NCBI GenBank assembly: GCA_001687465.1 | Contig: LVLI01000035.1 | Location: 124,001 to 188,000, forward strand | From: Halocafeteria seosinensis | Taxonomy: Eukaryota | Direction of reading: 5' to 3' | DNA: 64,000 bases | Part shown: positions 25,085 to 38,900 of the stretch, one piece after another | Layout of the letters: each line of letters starts with the position of its first letter | How positions within the stretch are numbered: position 1 is the stretch's first letter | Made by a program: the position numbers and the translations under genes | The notes under the pieces: generated by a model | What the model was told of the DNA's origin: nothing | Databases searched by the model: none | Seen by the model: the letters and a program-made list of their open reading frames with translations, nothing else

Positions 25085-25265
25085 ATGATCAGTTAGTAAA
25101 ACGACACAATTTTATTATATTATGGCTGCTTTAGAACGGCGTAGTGAGGTTTCTATAGACTTTGATGGAATGAACAATCATGTATTATGAACGCTATATC
25201 ATGTAAAGAAATCGGATGCAGCAGATTGGCCAGGTAGCAGAAGCATTGAGTTTAATACCACTACG

Positions 25266-26227
25266 TTAGTGAGCTCTTTCAACACCAACGTTTCCCAGTT
25301 CGACGCCTGTGTTTCCATCGTCGTCGTGGTGTGAAACCCACTGTGCCTGGCTGCTATCCAAAAAGTCTTCCGTTGGGGTTGCGTCGGTAGATCCCAAAGT
25401 GCAACCAATAACTAGCAGCCAAATGGGCACCATAACGAATCCAAAAACTCCTAGAAAGAGGCCACTCACTATACTCAAGAGACGCCAGTCACCGAATCTG
25501 GTTGCCAGAGCGCGAAAGAGCAGTACATTACAACAGATTACACTTACACATGTGGAACGAGGAACACTTACCGAGCTAGTTCGAGACAAAATGTAATAAC
25601 ACCCAAGAGTCCGGTGAATACGCCGAGATGTCCATGCCAGCGGGGAAGCACTCCGTGCTTGTATGTTAGACGAGAGACTGCGAGTACACCCAGTCCCAAA
25701 AGGAGCTGATCCATAGCAACGAGCCAAGTCTTCTCCCCACGGAGCATTATATTGGTGATTTCCAGAGCTTTGAGAGGAGCATGGTCGCCGTTAGTACCAG
25801 AGAGGTCAAAATTGTTAAAGATCCAGTCTCCGGTAGTTCCCCTGCCTGCCATCGTCAGGAAATCGTATCCTTCGATGGCGGCTCCCGCGGCGAAGAGTCC
25901 CAGCAGAACGCTATACGCGCCACTCTTCACAGCAAAGATTTGCAGCAGTGACAGAATCACAGGGATCAGAAAGAAACTACCCAATGCTCCTACGATACCC
26001 ATGGCAAAGTTAACCCAGCGGTATTTATGGCGTGTATCCCATTCGTCCTTGATGCAGGATGTCTTGAGCTCTTCGAATTCGTCATTGTCACAGACATCAC
26101 TGTCTCCGTTGCTACGGGAGATGGAGATCTCTGAGACGATCAAAGCTGTCTCAACAATGATCATTGCCGCAGTGACGAACGCCAGTCGGCGTGCACTCTT
26201 GGTGGAAACATTGGCCAGCGACGGCAT
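25266..26227 (-). CDS. Multi-pass membrane protein of unknown function (~295 aa)
   Basis: About six hydrophobic helices; one intron (~25571-25498) joins …CLELAR to FGDWRLL…; acidic C-terminal tail. Confidence 0.75.
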
Positions 26228-26408
26228 CTTGTCTGGGAATTGAGTGTTCTGCGCGATGAGGAAATAAAAAGAGACACACACATCCACCTTGTTCACGATG
26301 ATACCGCAAAATAATAAGGACCTTCCCCTTCTTCTCCTTCCTCCTCTGGTGAACAACAAATTACTTGTTACCGTGCTTTGCAGTAGGAAGAAGAGGCCAT
26401 ACAAGATG

Positions 26409-26426
26409 GACTGACTGACTGACTGA
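26409..26426. repeat. (GACT)n microsatellite
   Basis: gactgactgactgactga in intergenic DNA. Confidence 0.85.
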
Positions 26427-27187
26427 GATAAGATCCATAAACCCTTAACTTACCTATCTATTCCGATACCACAGCGAATGTCAGAACGAGGTAAACTTGG
26501 ATATACGAGTCTCAAGGTCGTAACGGAAATTAGTGTCAATCCGCCACCCATGTACGCTATAGTTTATACGGGTGGCGTATACCTCATGGTTCCATACGGA
26601 GCGCGATGGACTTGCCCCCTGTGTCTCGCCCCTCCAAAGCCTTTTTGTTGTTCCCTTCACGAGTTCCGCACAGCGGTCCCGGTCCGTCTGGGGGAATTCA
26701 CAGATGTATGGTCCAGCGTTTGCTAGAAACGGTATTGGTCACGTTGCTTGGTGCATCACAGGCGGCGCGCGTGGTACATAATATAATATCGATTCGTATT
26801 TAGTGCTCGTTTCCATGCATTGTGTACTTCGGGTTTCGTGCCAGGAATTAATTGAATACGTGTGTGTGTGTGAATACGAAGGAAGAAGAATATTGAAGAA
26901 GCAAATATACGGAATGTGTTCGCCCATTAAGGGAAAAGTAGGGGAATTCAAATATTTGGCTGGTGACCCCTCATTGGAACTCTAAAACACCGGGTTAACT
27001 ACCGCGTTACCCTTCTCGCAGTAATTCAATTCAATAACCTTAGCTGAAGTAATTCCACATTCTCTCTTACACAGGTGCGCATCATGCATAGAGGGATGTT
27101 GGGTCCTGTGTCTTTCTGCACTCGGGACACAAGTTCAGCGGTTGTTTAGAAACAGACTGTCGAACGAAGCCGAGTCGCCACGCATAT

Positions 27188-28439
27188 TTAGACATATTTT
27201 GAACAGCTTGCAATATTCCAGTGGCAGACAAAACCCATAATCAAACCGGCAACGATCTGCTATACAGAACAGTATATCAGTATAAGCGTTGATATCAGAC
27301 ATAGCGAGGAAGCTGGTTAGCACTACTCACAACTAAGACGGCACTTAGAATAGTCATCATTTTGATATTCTTGCACATCATTAGGGCCCGAGCTTTCCGA
27401 GCATTTTTCTTAAACTTATTTGCATCCTCACTCAATGTATTGGTCTTCTCTTCTAGTGTGTCAATTTTCTCTCCTCTAGCGAGAGTCTTCTCTGTTCGGG
27501 GAGGTTATTATTGTTAAAACGTGTTAAAAAGCGAACGGCTAAAGTGCCTCTTACCTATGGCTGCGGTGACATCATCCTGTACTTCCGCTACTTTTTCGTT
27601 AACCTGCTTGAATTTATCCACCGAACGGACATTCGAGTATTTTCTCTGCAGCAAAAACAGAAGACGAAGTGCTGGAGAAGCAAAACAAATTGGAGTGCTT
27701 CTTCTTAAACTCACAGTTAGATCTCGTAGAACTGGTTTAAGTTCGCGTTTCAGAGAGTTATTGACAGCCTGCTTGACTCGGTCATAATACTTTTCCTGCA
27801 ACAACAAACCAACCCGTCTCCGTCTCGTCCACAGTTTTCTGAACAGAACACCGTTTACAATTCCTACAGTACCTGTATTATTGCATGTATTTCCCTCATG
27901 AAATGCCTTGAGACTTCTACCCGAAACTCTTGGGTGTTACACACAACTCCCACAAGGATTTCTGTATGCAATAGAATGAACGGTTAATCATCCTACATCC
28001 ACTTGCAGGGACGTACCATCTCTGTTCATAAACCTAAATTCTATTCTATCCGTTAAAGTCATTATCAGTTCTGTATCTTGAGTAGGTAGCCTTCGCAGCA
28101 TTGCTGAGGTCACCTGCAGAGCCAACACATACAGTACCAAGGGTTGCGTGCTAACTCAGAGAGACAGAGGACGGACGGACGACGGATATATAGTTTCAGT
28201 GTAGACATGCTTACTCTTGTGGGGGAGGCTTCATCTGTCGTTTGGAATTCTTTGTCCGTGGCATCGTATTCGGCTACAATTGTGGCAACATTAGCATGAT
28301 GATTCCCTTGGGATGCACTTGCTGCGGCCCCTCCTCCTCCATTGATAGATCCATTCGTTCCTGTGGAGTCCGAATCAGTCAGTCGTGCTACCACAACAGA
28401 AAGAATGGGCTCCTCGGGGGATAACAGTGGCTCGTCCAT
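27188..28439 (-). CDS. VAMP7: Longin R-SNARE, VAMP7-like
   Basis: Longin-like N-terminal exons; SNARE motif KFKQVNEKVAEVQDDVTAAI/EKTLARGEKIDTLEEKTNTLSEDANKFKKNARK (R layer in ARGE); TM segment reconstituted across an intron as MMTILSAVLV/IVAGLIMGFVC; stop at 27188-27190. Confidence 0.85.
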
Positions 28440-28902
28440 CGCCCNCTGTCCTCTTCATATACCACTACAATAGTGCACACACCACACCGTGCATTGCGCA
28501 CAACACACACCCCTAGGTCTTCGAGTCAAGTCCAATGACACACATATACACACCAACTAGGTACTTTTTTCCGATATTTACGACGCGTACAGCATACTAT
28601 ACCTTATCAAAACTCTCTTGGTGTGCGTGTGTTGTGGCGCTCTTCTCCCATTGCATGAAGCTCTCTCTCTCCGTCTGCATTGCCAGGACCGCGTACTTCA
28701 ACCTAACCTGTTGTGTGTTATGCACTGGTATGCACCCAAATGAACGATATCAAGGGCATTGTCTATTTCATCGTTTGTATGGCAGTAATGGTGAATGATG
28801 CAGGTGCCGCTGCATGTGCCATGGATCTAATGGAACCGCGGATATACCCATCTACAGAGACATTATGATGCATAACGAGATACAGAGGGCGGTAGAGTCA
28901 TA

Positions 28903-31900
28903 ATGGAAGCAATGCACGAATCCAGTGGATACGGCGCCAGGACTTCTTCGTTCACTGGCCTGAATCTCGGCAGCAGAATGCCATCTACCTCCAACCAGAC
29001 TTCTCAGGGGAGAATCACATCTTGGTACGAGACAGACGGAGAAGCAGAGCAGCTGTTGAACCAATTCGGGGTTCATTTGGAGGACTATCATTGTGGAGAT
29101 GTACTCGCTGATGTATTCCAGGCGCGTCAAATATGCCTCGTGAATGATCCGCGGGACCGTGAGGAATTGGTGCGGACTGCCTTGGAACTACAGGATCCCG
29201 GTTGGGGGGATAAGGGACAGTCAAACGCTAATGAGGCATCATCTGCGAAATACGAACCAAGTGTAGTCAATGCTGAGGAGCGGGAAAACGAACCTCAGAA
29301 CGAAAAGGAAGAACGGAGAGCCCCAGCCGTTGATGTTGCGTCTCCTCATAGTAACAATGACTTGAATGGATCTCAAAATTTGGTACGTACAAGTGAGTTA
29401 TCAAGCGAAAACTGAAACAGCAGTATATTACATTTTTTCTTGTTTTTGCTGGTGGACAGACAATTCGAAACCCGAAAAGAGAAGTCAATTCAAGTTCCAT
29501 GCTCGAAGAAGCCCCTTCCCCGGAAGAAATCCGGTCAGCTGGGCTCCCTGGCTCTCCCACTCCTATAATGCCGAAGCAACAAAAACCATCGGAAGGCACA
29601 GAAGCGAATAGTAGTAGTGCACCTTATACTCAATGTTTGCCATCCTCCAGTGATACGACGAAGCCTGGAGATCCGCCTGTACGCGAGTTGACCACGCTTG
29701 AAGAGCTGGAGCAACGTGGAATTGGTTTGGTTCTGTTACATTTGAAGAAGAACGCTACCCACGTTGCGTTCTTGTTGTTAGATGTCATGTGTCGAACTCA
29801 AATTTTACTAGTATTGCCTCGTGTTCAGCTTGTCCCTGATTGCCCGGATGTGAACAAATCCCTTTTTGCCTTAATGCTGGGATACTTGGAGTATAGCAAA
29901 TTCCCTGCGATGGAGGAAGCGCACCTTGCCCTTTCGGACCTCACGGCCGGTGTCTCCACTGCCGAGTGTCAGCAGCGATTATCCGAACAGCTTTCTGTTC
30001 TGTTTGTTAACATCTCATGTTCCCTGCTGAGCGTAGATTTTGCATCCCGTAGTGTTGCGGATAGGGATAGCGCAGGATCCAATACCAGCGGGAGGGCAAG
30101 GACTACGTTGTTCGCCGTTTTGGATGATTTATCCTTCGTGGAATGGTCTTGGCAAGACAATCACAAGCTATGGTTTCCTTCTTCAAGCTGCGTATGTAAC
30201 ACTGGACCGACGATGGTATCGCTAACGGCTCTTGTGGACAATCGTTTTGGGTCCTTCTTCAAGTGTTCTTCTGCCCACACAGTTTGTGGACATCATAGCC
30301 CGGAGGAAAACAAAGTTGTATATGTTTTGGATGTTTTCCTGACGGAGAGAAAAGTTGGTCGGTATTCCGCCCCAAGAATGGTGTCTATCCGAACTCTCTT
30401 AATGCTAGACTTGAACTCTAAGGAAGAGACTCCCGAGGTTATTGATCTTGAAATAGACGAAACCGGTGGCCGAAGGCATGCCTTGCATGACCCTAATAGA
30501 GTTCAGAGTGGATGCTGGTTCTTACTTGGTTGGAGTCGTGCCTCCGAGAATGACACTTACTGCAATGCTGAAGTCCTTCTATGGCACGCTAGAGCCTCCA
30601 CAGGGCCCCACTGCTGGATAGGGGACAGCTCTACGTTGAACTCACTACGGAAAAACACGCCGGCGTGTTGCACTGATAAACGAGGAAATCTGATACTGTG
30701 TAGTCCGGATAAAGTTGTCCGCGTTGATACGCAAGAAGACATTGCTGGTCACCCTGACGTACTGCTGCGAAGGAAAGATTTCTCACTGCCTCAATTTCAA
30801 TTAGAGACACGAAACAACATTCTTCTGGGTTGCCGATCCTTAGGTGTGTTTTTGGTGCGCTTGATTAAGACGAGCCCCCAATTCGCGGGGAATATACGGT
30901 GGTACATCGACGTTATTGACTTGTTTTCGGGTGCGGAAATCTTCTGCTCTCATGAACTAGACACTACCAATGCAAGACTGGCCCCACTTTCTAGCCCTGT
31001 GGAAAATATGGGGTTTGCGGGAGAGAGACTTATACCCGCTGCATTGGATGAAGATATACTGTTCTGGAGTGACTACCACCTTAGTAGTTTTGATCATGAC
31101 AGTAGTGTACACCAGTTGTCGGAGGAGGTTCGTTCTACACTGAAAACTATTCTCGCTATGGCGTCTGCAAGGTTAAGTGAGCAGCTTCAGCACTCTCATA
31201 GTAGCTTTGAATATGAATTTGGCAAGTTGATTGAAACTGTTGAAATCATCGATGAACTGTTGAGAGAGAAGCTCGAGAACCATCACCACTTAGACACACT
31301 TAATTATTCGAGGCGGCACTTGAGAGTGTTCTGGGACGGACAGTTTGCAAAAAACAATATCTCCTTTGCGTTTTACGTCTATGAAATAGCGTCTCGCATG
31401 TCTTCGAACAAAGCAACAGTTGAAGCCTCTGGACCGCATACTGCTAGGAAGAATCTTCTCATGGAGAGAGTACACATCATATGCTTCTTGAGCGACTGGC
31501 GTTGTGCTCTAGCGCGGTGTTGTACTGACCACGATACACACCAACGCTTGTATTCGCCAGCAGCCGAAATGCTCAAGTTTTGTGATTCCTTGCTATCATT
31601 GAACATTGCGCTTTTTGCCATTATGTATTTTTGCACTAAATATTCAGAGGAGAGTAAAGCGACAGCATGTGTTACAGAACCATGTGTTCTGGGTTTAAGG
31701 CTGCGTTATGCTGTGGAAGCTGCGATCCCTTCTGAAGGAGCTCAACAGTTACCCATGCCAGATTTTTTGCTTCGGACTCTGGCAGTCCTGGAGGAAAACG
31801 TCGCTTTCCCTTCCTTGGTGACCATTCACGAGTGTCTTAGTGGATTGTCCCTGGAAGCTGTTCGGCTACAAAGCCGTGACGGCAGGGCCAACGGCTCGTG

Positions 31901-33902
31901 GAAAGATCCTTCTGGGAGGGTGGAAAGCGGGCTGCGTAAAGCTACTTCATTTCACAGGATGCTTGAATCTCAGTCACAGGGCCAAGTGGATTCCCAAGGA
32001 TTAACACGGAGAACCGGTACCAGTACCAGAATTAGAAATTGGTGGAAGTCCATAGTGGAGGAAGGCGCGTTTAAGACATTGTTTGAAATCTCGCGGCAGG
32101 AAAAGGAGTGGATGACTCTTTGGTGTCCGCGCAGGCTTCTAGATAGTAAAGGAAACGCTTCCTTTGTTATAGATGCACCCCATTCCCTCAACCAAATCGA
32201 GTACAAGTGGCTACTGCGAGTGCTGCCTTATACAGTGGGGGAGCAGTTGTTTGTCGGGAGTTACTCTAGTTACTCCTATTCCCCATCGCGGTCCTCTCTA
32301 CACGACTACATGGACAACCTTAGTGTCTGGATTGTTGCTTTTTCGGGCCCGTTGGATAGGCCGTTGAGCGAATCGGATAGGGAGTGCTGCTCGTTGCTAC
32401 TGCAGTCTATTTCCGATGCTATTGGCTTACCTTCCATGGACGACTCGACCTCTCTGAATTCTGCTTACGAACACAGAGTCCATACCGCTCTATTTGGCTC
32501 CAGTGGTAAACAGGAAAACACAGAGGCCAACCTTAGTGACTACTACGTCGAAGAGTTGGTAACGGACGTTGTCAACCAGCACCTTCAGCTAGCCAAAGAT
32601 ACATCTTCATTGTCTACATTGTACATAGATGAGGCGCCAGATGGACTTCAGGTGGGAAGTCTGTGTGAAACAGAGCTCGCAAGTGTGGCGCGCTGCCTCA
32701 TGAGAGCGGTAAGCTGCGGGCTTCTGTTTGACAGCTACCAGGCCCCTAGGAAAGTGTCCTCAACGCATCGGTTACAGTCGTACCTGGTTTCGCGGCCTGA
32801 GTCTTTTACGCTTGAACTAATGGTGAGACTCTATTACAAAGTCCGACCATCGCAGTTACCCCGCTTTATCAATTTCGTTCATTGGTGTTGTCCGCTATTC
32901 CTGCGAAACAATACCACCAAAAATACTGAGAGGCCCCCTAAGGAAAAAGTGGATAAAGATGGAACCAAAGACGACTGGCCGTTACCCAGTACCTATTCCA
33001 AACGCCTGCGGGAGTACTGCGAGATTTTTGAGTTGACTCGAGCAGGAACAGAAGCAGATAACCGGGACGAAATCCACCGTTTCAAATTGTCTATCCACAA
33101 ACGAATTTTGGAACAGGCAATCAGGATGCGGCAGCATCTAACGTATTTGCGCGCTCTACTAGCCTTACCTCCGCCCCCTGTTCCATTTACCTCCTACAGT
33201 CTCGAGGGTGAGAGCTATCATGTCGCCCGAATCCGAGCATACTCTGAGGTGTTACGTCAATTGACGATGCCCTTTGAGGCCATCCATCTTCTAGTTTGGC
33301 ATGGGCTTTGGTCAGATGCGATTGGTGTGCTGGAGAAGGTGTCAGAGGATGAGCGCTGTATCAGGTCAGACGTGGAGGGATTGCGTCTCCATTTTGATAA
33401 AGCTCGTGGTTCGGAGGAGCGCCAGAAAGAGTCCGATGATCCAATTGAGAGCTTTCTGAGTGAAGTGGAACAAGAGCACGGTGAAGTGGAACCGAGTAAC
33501 TGGCACTCCGAGTTAACTCGAGTTGGGAAGAAAAGGGCCGAAACCACTGTCAAGCATGGGCAGAAGAGTTCCGAAGAGCATCTAATCGTGTTCACGACAT
33601 TGTTGTACCACGGGGTTTTGTCCGCAGAAGAGGAGACTGTTTCGCAGATATCATTGTATGCTCCAAAGTCGTTCAGTTTGGACATGCTGAGGAGTATAAT
33701 TTCGAGGGTTTCTTCTACTTCCCGCGAAGTTTGGTTATCTATGGAGGATTTGGAGAGCAGGTCGTCGGATGGCTTAGTGCGCTTTGAATCCTTGCGTTTA
33801 CTAACGCAACTGCTTATGGAACAGAAGCACTGGGAAAACGAATTTCGGTCAGAAATGTCCGGGAAACAAAGAACGGGCATGTTTCGCACATGGAAGACTT
33901 AA
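28903..33902 (+). CDS. ~1,640-aa protein with an HPS6-like (BLOC-2 subunit) C-terminal alpha-helical region
   Basis: Intron 29383-29459 joins ORF 28903-29415 in frame to the 1467-aa ORF; more upstream exons are possible. C-terminal motifs LELMVRLYYKVRPSQLPRFI, YLRALLAL, AIHLLVWHGLWSDAI, IVFTTLL, YAPKSFSLDML parallel HPS6 as remembered. The CDS is solid; the identity is tentative. Confidence 0.65.
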
Positions 33903-33929
33903 GATTGGATGCTATTCGATTTGTCCATT

Positions 33930-35464
33930 TTATGTGGACGGTAAAATACCGATTTGGACTAACTGTAGTGCGATCACTGACGCAGTAGCTGCTGCTGGAA
34001 TGGTTATAACCCAAGATGTAACAATATGCCGCAGAGTTTGGAAGTTGAGCTTATCTCGTCCTTCTACCAGTCCTACACCGGAGATCGCCCCAATGAGACA
34101 GTGGGTGGTCGACACGCTTACGCCTAGTTGCGTAGCTGTGAGCACAGTAAAGGCTGTGCCCAGTTGCGCTGCGAATCCGCGAGCGTATGTGAGTTTGGCT
34201 ATTTTACTTCCTATAGTTTCCATAACCCTGTATCCGTACGTAGAAAGACCGATGACGATTCCGACTCCCCCGGCAAGTAAAACCCAGGAAGGTATTTCGG
34301 CCCCTTGTGGCGTATTCTCGACGTACCCGTAGGCGACAAGGATTGCACCAAACGGGCCAATAGAGTTGGATACGTCATTGCTTCCGTGTGCAAACGCGAC
34401 CACACACGCGGTAACAATCATTAGCTTCATAAATCGACGCTCTGCTTCCGCTAACACCGGGACTGATTTTGTCCCTTGGTTGGTCGATTTACTGCCTCCT
34501 ACCTCTACTTGTACATTCGGATTTGCCGCCGAAGGAGGCGTGGTCAAATCATCTACGGGTTCCCCAGCACTTGTACCTTTACTCGAGCCCGTCATTTTTG
34601 TCGCCGTATCAAGTTTATCCTTTGTTATTGTCGTCGTGGTATCCCCCGCGTTCCAACTTTTAACAAAGTCGGCAAAGATAAACGCTATACCAGCTGAGCT
34701 GCCGACCATTATCGCGTAGATCCAGTGAAGTCGGTACCAATGTGGACCGACCAAGCATAAGAAAACGAGGCACACTGCCAGTGTCGTTGCCGAAAAGTAC
34801 TTGACGTATGCGTCCGCGGCTGCTATGGGATCCTCTTTTCGAAGTATCAGTCTATGAATTAAGGTGAATATCGTGAACGCAATGGCGCCTCCGAGAAGTG
34901 GACTGGTCACCCATGAATACCCTGCATTGCCTTGTACGCACATGCACAGGTTGACAGATACGAATGAATGAACTGTATGAATGGCATACACGTACCTATC
35001 TTGAGGACTCCATCCCACTGTACTCCATGCAGTCCTCCTTCCACGAGTCCAACGCCCACAAGTGCTCCAATGAGGGAGTGCGTCGTCGAGACGGGGAGTG
35101 AGTACAACGTTGCAATGGCAAGCCACACAAAGGCTCCTGCCATGGTGGCAAACATGCACAAAATGTACTGGTGGTCGTTGATATTGTTCATGTTGAGAAT
35201 CCCTCCCGAGATGGTATTGGCCACTTCACCTCCACTGAGCGAGCCCAGGAATTCACACACCGTGCCTGCATCAATCAGCTACAACTGTACTAAGGTCCTT
35301 TGCTCATTTGGTCCTACGGATTCCTTACCGACAACAATGGCTTGGCGTACCGTGAGTGCCTTGGAGCCCACCGAAGTCCCCAGCGCATTGGAGACATCCT
35401 GTGCGCCAATGGCCCACGCCATAGCCAAAGCAATCAACCCGGAGACCACCACCAAAGACGCCAT
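33930..35464 (-). CDS. Inorganic phosphate transporter, PiT/PHO4 (SLC20) family
   Basis: Paired signatures GAQDVSNALGTSVGS and AFAHGSNDVSNSIGP; LPVSTTHS and VSTTHC motifs; three exons. Confidence 0.95.
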
Positions 35465-35907
35465 CTTTATCTATCTATCTAACTTTACTACGGCGGCAAG
35501 GTAAATGTGAGTGTATCAAGCACCCACCAACCTAACCAGGTGCAGGATAATGAGCTCGACCTGTCTATCTAATACCACACCACATACCGCATACCTATCT
35601 CTGGGAAACAATATTACAATACAATACCATTCCACCTTCTAACTTCCTATAAAAGGAGGGAAAGGCAGGAAGCAGTGGTTTCCAGCCAGTCACCCCACCT
35701 AGACCAAGGCGGCTAGGCTGGGGTTCGGACTGGAACTCAAGCTAAGGGGTTGCTACCGGGAAGACAACAATGGAGTAGTTTTCGCTGTGTCAGCTAGCTA
35801 CCATACAGTGTACAAGACATTGCTTGTTGTAACACAGGTTGTGTACTACTATTGTGGGAGTAAGCAGCTAACTACGGTGGGTAGAGTTGCGCAACCCGCT
35901 ACAGTAC

Positions 35908-38900
35908 TTAGCCATACAAGGAAAACAAGCCTTCGCGCAAGGATTCGGCAATTCGCCGCTGACAACTGACGGGATCGGTTACAATGATTATTCGACCCGC
36001 GGCGTCACCACACAGAAGGAAATTGTCGCTCTCTGAGAAACGGAGGCAGGTGATTCCGGGACGAAACTGCTGATCGTTGTCCTCGACTGTTGATTGCTTT
36101 CGCTGTGCCGCAGACTCTATGTTTGACCCATCGGCTGTGGCTTCTTCGAGTGACTTCCACGAACGATATAAGACAGATTCCGACTCAGCAATACCTGGTA
36201 CTGACCCAGACATGATTAGATCCAACGAACTAGCGTCGTACACCAGTAACCTACCAGAAACGGTTCCACAGACTAAAAGCCCTCCGTCCGAGGAAGCTGT
36301 CATCGCCGAGATCGGGCTTTTACTCGTGCCATCTTCATCAAAAAGCGTACGATATCTGACAGCCAGAATAGATCCGTTGAAGTGAAAGGTTCCTAACAAC
36401 TCGACCACTATTTTGGGATCACCAAACTCCACAATCGGCTGCCACACGACTGCTATCTTGGAGCCGCCGACGACTTGGACGATCTTGCCGGGGGAGCTCG
36501 GGTGTGTGAGTGTTGTGAAAATCTTTGGTTCCCTCCACACACTGTGACGAAACCGTTCTTCGTCAGTGCCGTGAACTACAGGAGAAGGTAAGCTTCGATT
36601 CACGGGGCTATAGCCTACTACATATTGCTGCAGTAGTTGCCCCTTTCGAATGCTATGAGAAAAGATGAAACCGTGCTCATCACCACTCAAGACGAGGTCA
36701 TGAGCTACATCGACTTGTACCGAAGCAACAGGAGCGTTGTGACCGAGCAGATTTTCCAAAAGGACGAGTGCACAGCCAGACTGCGGGCGGAAGACCTCAT
36801 CTTCTCCATTGCGTTCTACAAGAGGCTCTGGGGAAAAATCCTGTAGACGAACCGGTTTCTCCGAGCTCGCCAAAGGCCCAGGTAAACAGATTGGACGTTT
36901 TCCCTGTCTCATTAGCTGGAACATACTGAAGAACTCCCTGCTCGACTCCTCCATATGCGGATAGTCAGAAGCTATGACTAGCTCGCATATACAAACTATG
37001 CCACTCTCCGTGCCGATGGCAATTATTTCCGGAATTCGAGGATCGGTTTCCTCGCTTGTCTTGTGCGATTCTACAGCACTGTGCAAACAAGTTGCAATTC
37101 CAAGGCCACTGGTAGAAGGATCCCAAGAATCATACTTCTCGCTCTCCAGATTTGTCCACCGGACGCAGCCATCTACAAAATGGCATGCGACATGAAGCTT
37201 CTTTACTGGAGATTTCTTCACATAGGCAGGATAAACAAAAGAAGAGGACGGTGCACCTGTCTGCATAACATCCTTAGGCCAAGGAAGTCCGACTGGGGAG
37301 CAATGGTGAAGAACGCTGGAACAGTCACTAGGACGCAGTGCACATGTACTGGTGACCTCCGGGTTTCGAGATTGTGAAGTACCAAATTTAATTGCGTGCA
37401 CTGCGCGAATAAAATAAGCTGTCGTGCACAATATCGGACTGTTTGGACATACGAAGTCCGCATTAGGCAATGGTCGAAGCTTGCCAAGCTTAAAGTCGAA
37501 GGGTGTGCCACCAGACGCTTCCATGGTTTGCCACCTGTGTTTGCCGTAGGAACGACTTCCGTAAACGACGCGAATGCGTTCTCCGATTACCTCCAGGTAA
37601 CATACGGCAGCGATACCCCAAGATACACCCTTCAGCTGCTTTCTGAGTCCTGTCGACCACAACATTTGCTTCCGGGAAGAACCTGTTTCCGACGACATTT
37701 CAGAATCCTCTGGAACACCCTTTAGCCACATACGGATGGTGTCCAGAACATTTGGACCTCCGCTTGTCGCAGCGACAAACGAACTTCTGAGTCGAAGCCC
37801 TTCCAATGGATCGAGGTCGCTGTTTGAGATGGGGTGCTTGGACGGCAAGTTTGGGATTCCACTTGTATCATAGGCAACGATATGGTGCTCTGCTAACTGC
37901 CCGCTTCCAGAGGCGGGCTTCGAATGGTTCGCAGCGGAACTTTTCTCCGCGGTAGACGAACGAGACGGCTGGTGGACTCTATTCTGTATCATAGCTGATA
38001 TAAACAGAGGCAGCCCACACCTTTCTGCTGCATATCGCTCAACATGGGGCTCCCGGAACAACTGCGACGGCGTCTGTCCGAATTCGCGAATCTGCATTGC
38101 TACACTGGCCAAGTCCGAGGACGAGGCATCAAATTCTGGAGGACTGGCTTTCTCGTACGTCAGATGGTAATACACATTCCTTGCTTCTACCGCCGCCTTG
38201 CCCCGTTGCTTATAACCAAAAATCAGATCGACCCAATGGTGGAGGTGCTGAGACACGTATTCGCTTTCAAGAGCTCCACGCATTGTGCTGATAAAATCGT
38301 CGGCGGTCTCTGCCCAAGGGGGTAACACAACGTCATCCACATACTCTCCGTCCTGTCTTCGGCCCAAAGGAAGCCCTGACGAATTCACAAGAAACTCTGG
38401 CATGCAATAGAATTCAGGAATAAGTTCCATTGTGTCGTTTTCGTAGCAAAATTTCCATGTTTCAGCCAGGTTGTGGAACATGCGGTCTGGTAGATCGAAT
38501 TTTTCGGATTGCAGGTCAATGTGGAGGGAAGTGAATGGCTCACATCTCAACAAGAAAAACAGGATCAGCCCTGCTCTTGAATAATGCGAGCCGTGCATAA
38601 ACGGAGGAACATCGTTATCTTCATTGTTTTCGAAGCGTTCCATAAAATGCTGGTGACGGTCTGGATTCAAAGCCGGTATTGGAGTTGACAAATCCCTGTA
38701 TGTGTTCGGATCTGAGAGATCTAGCGAAGTAGAACGGAAGTCTGTGAGAACCCACGGAAATACGGGGTACTGATTTAGATCATGATAGGTCCTCCCGGAT
38801 AAGAAATTGAGCTCCATTAGATACTCAAAATTCGAAATTTCACGTTTCATCCACATTTCACAGTAGACACTAGCCTTTTCATGTTCCAACGGTCGCAAGT

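Noticed and set aside
26480..27130. Small hairpins (cgccaccc/gggtggcg; tgtgtc/gacaca) considered as snRNA, riboswitch or SECIS
   Set aside because: Stems are short, U1/U2/U4/U5/U6 and TPP consensus motifs are absent, and no in-frame UGA selenoprotein lies nearby.
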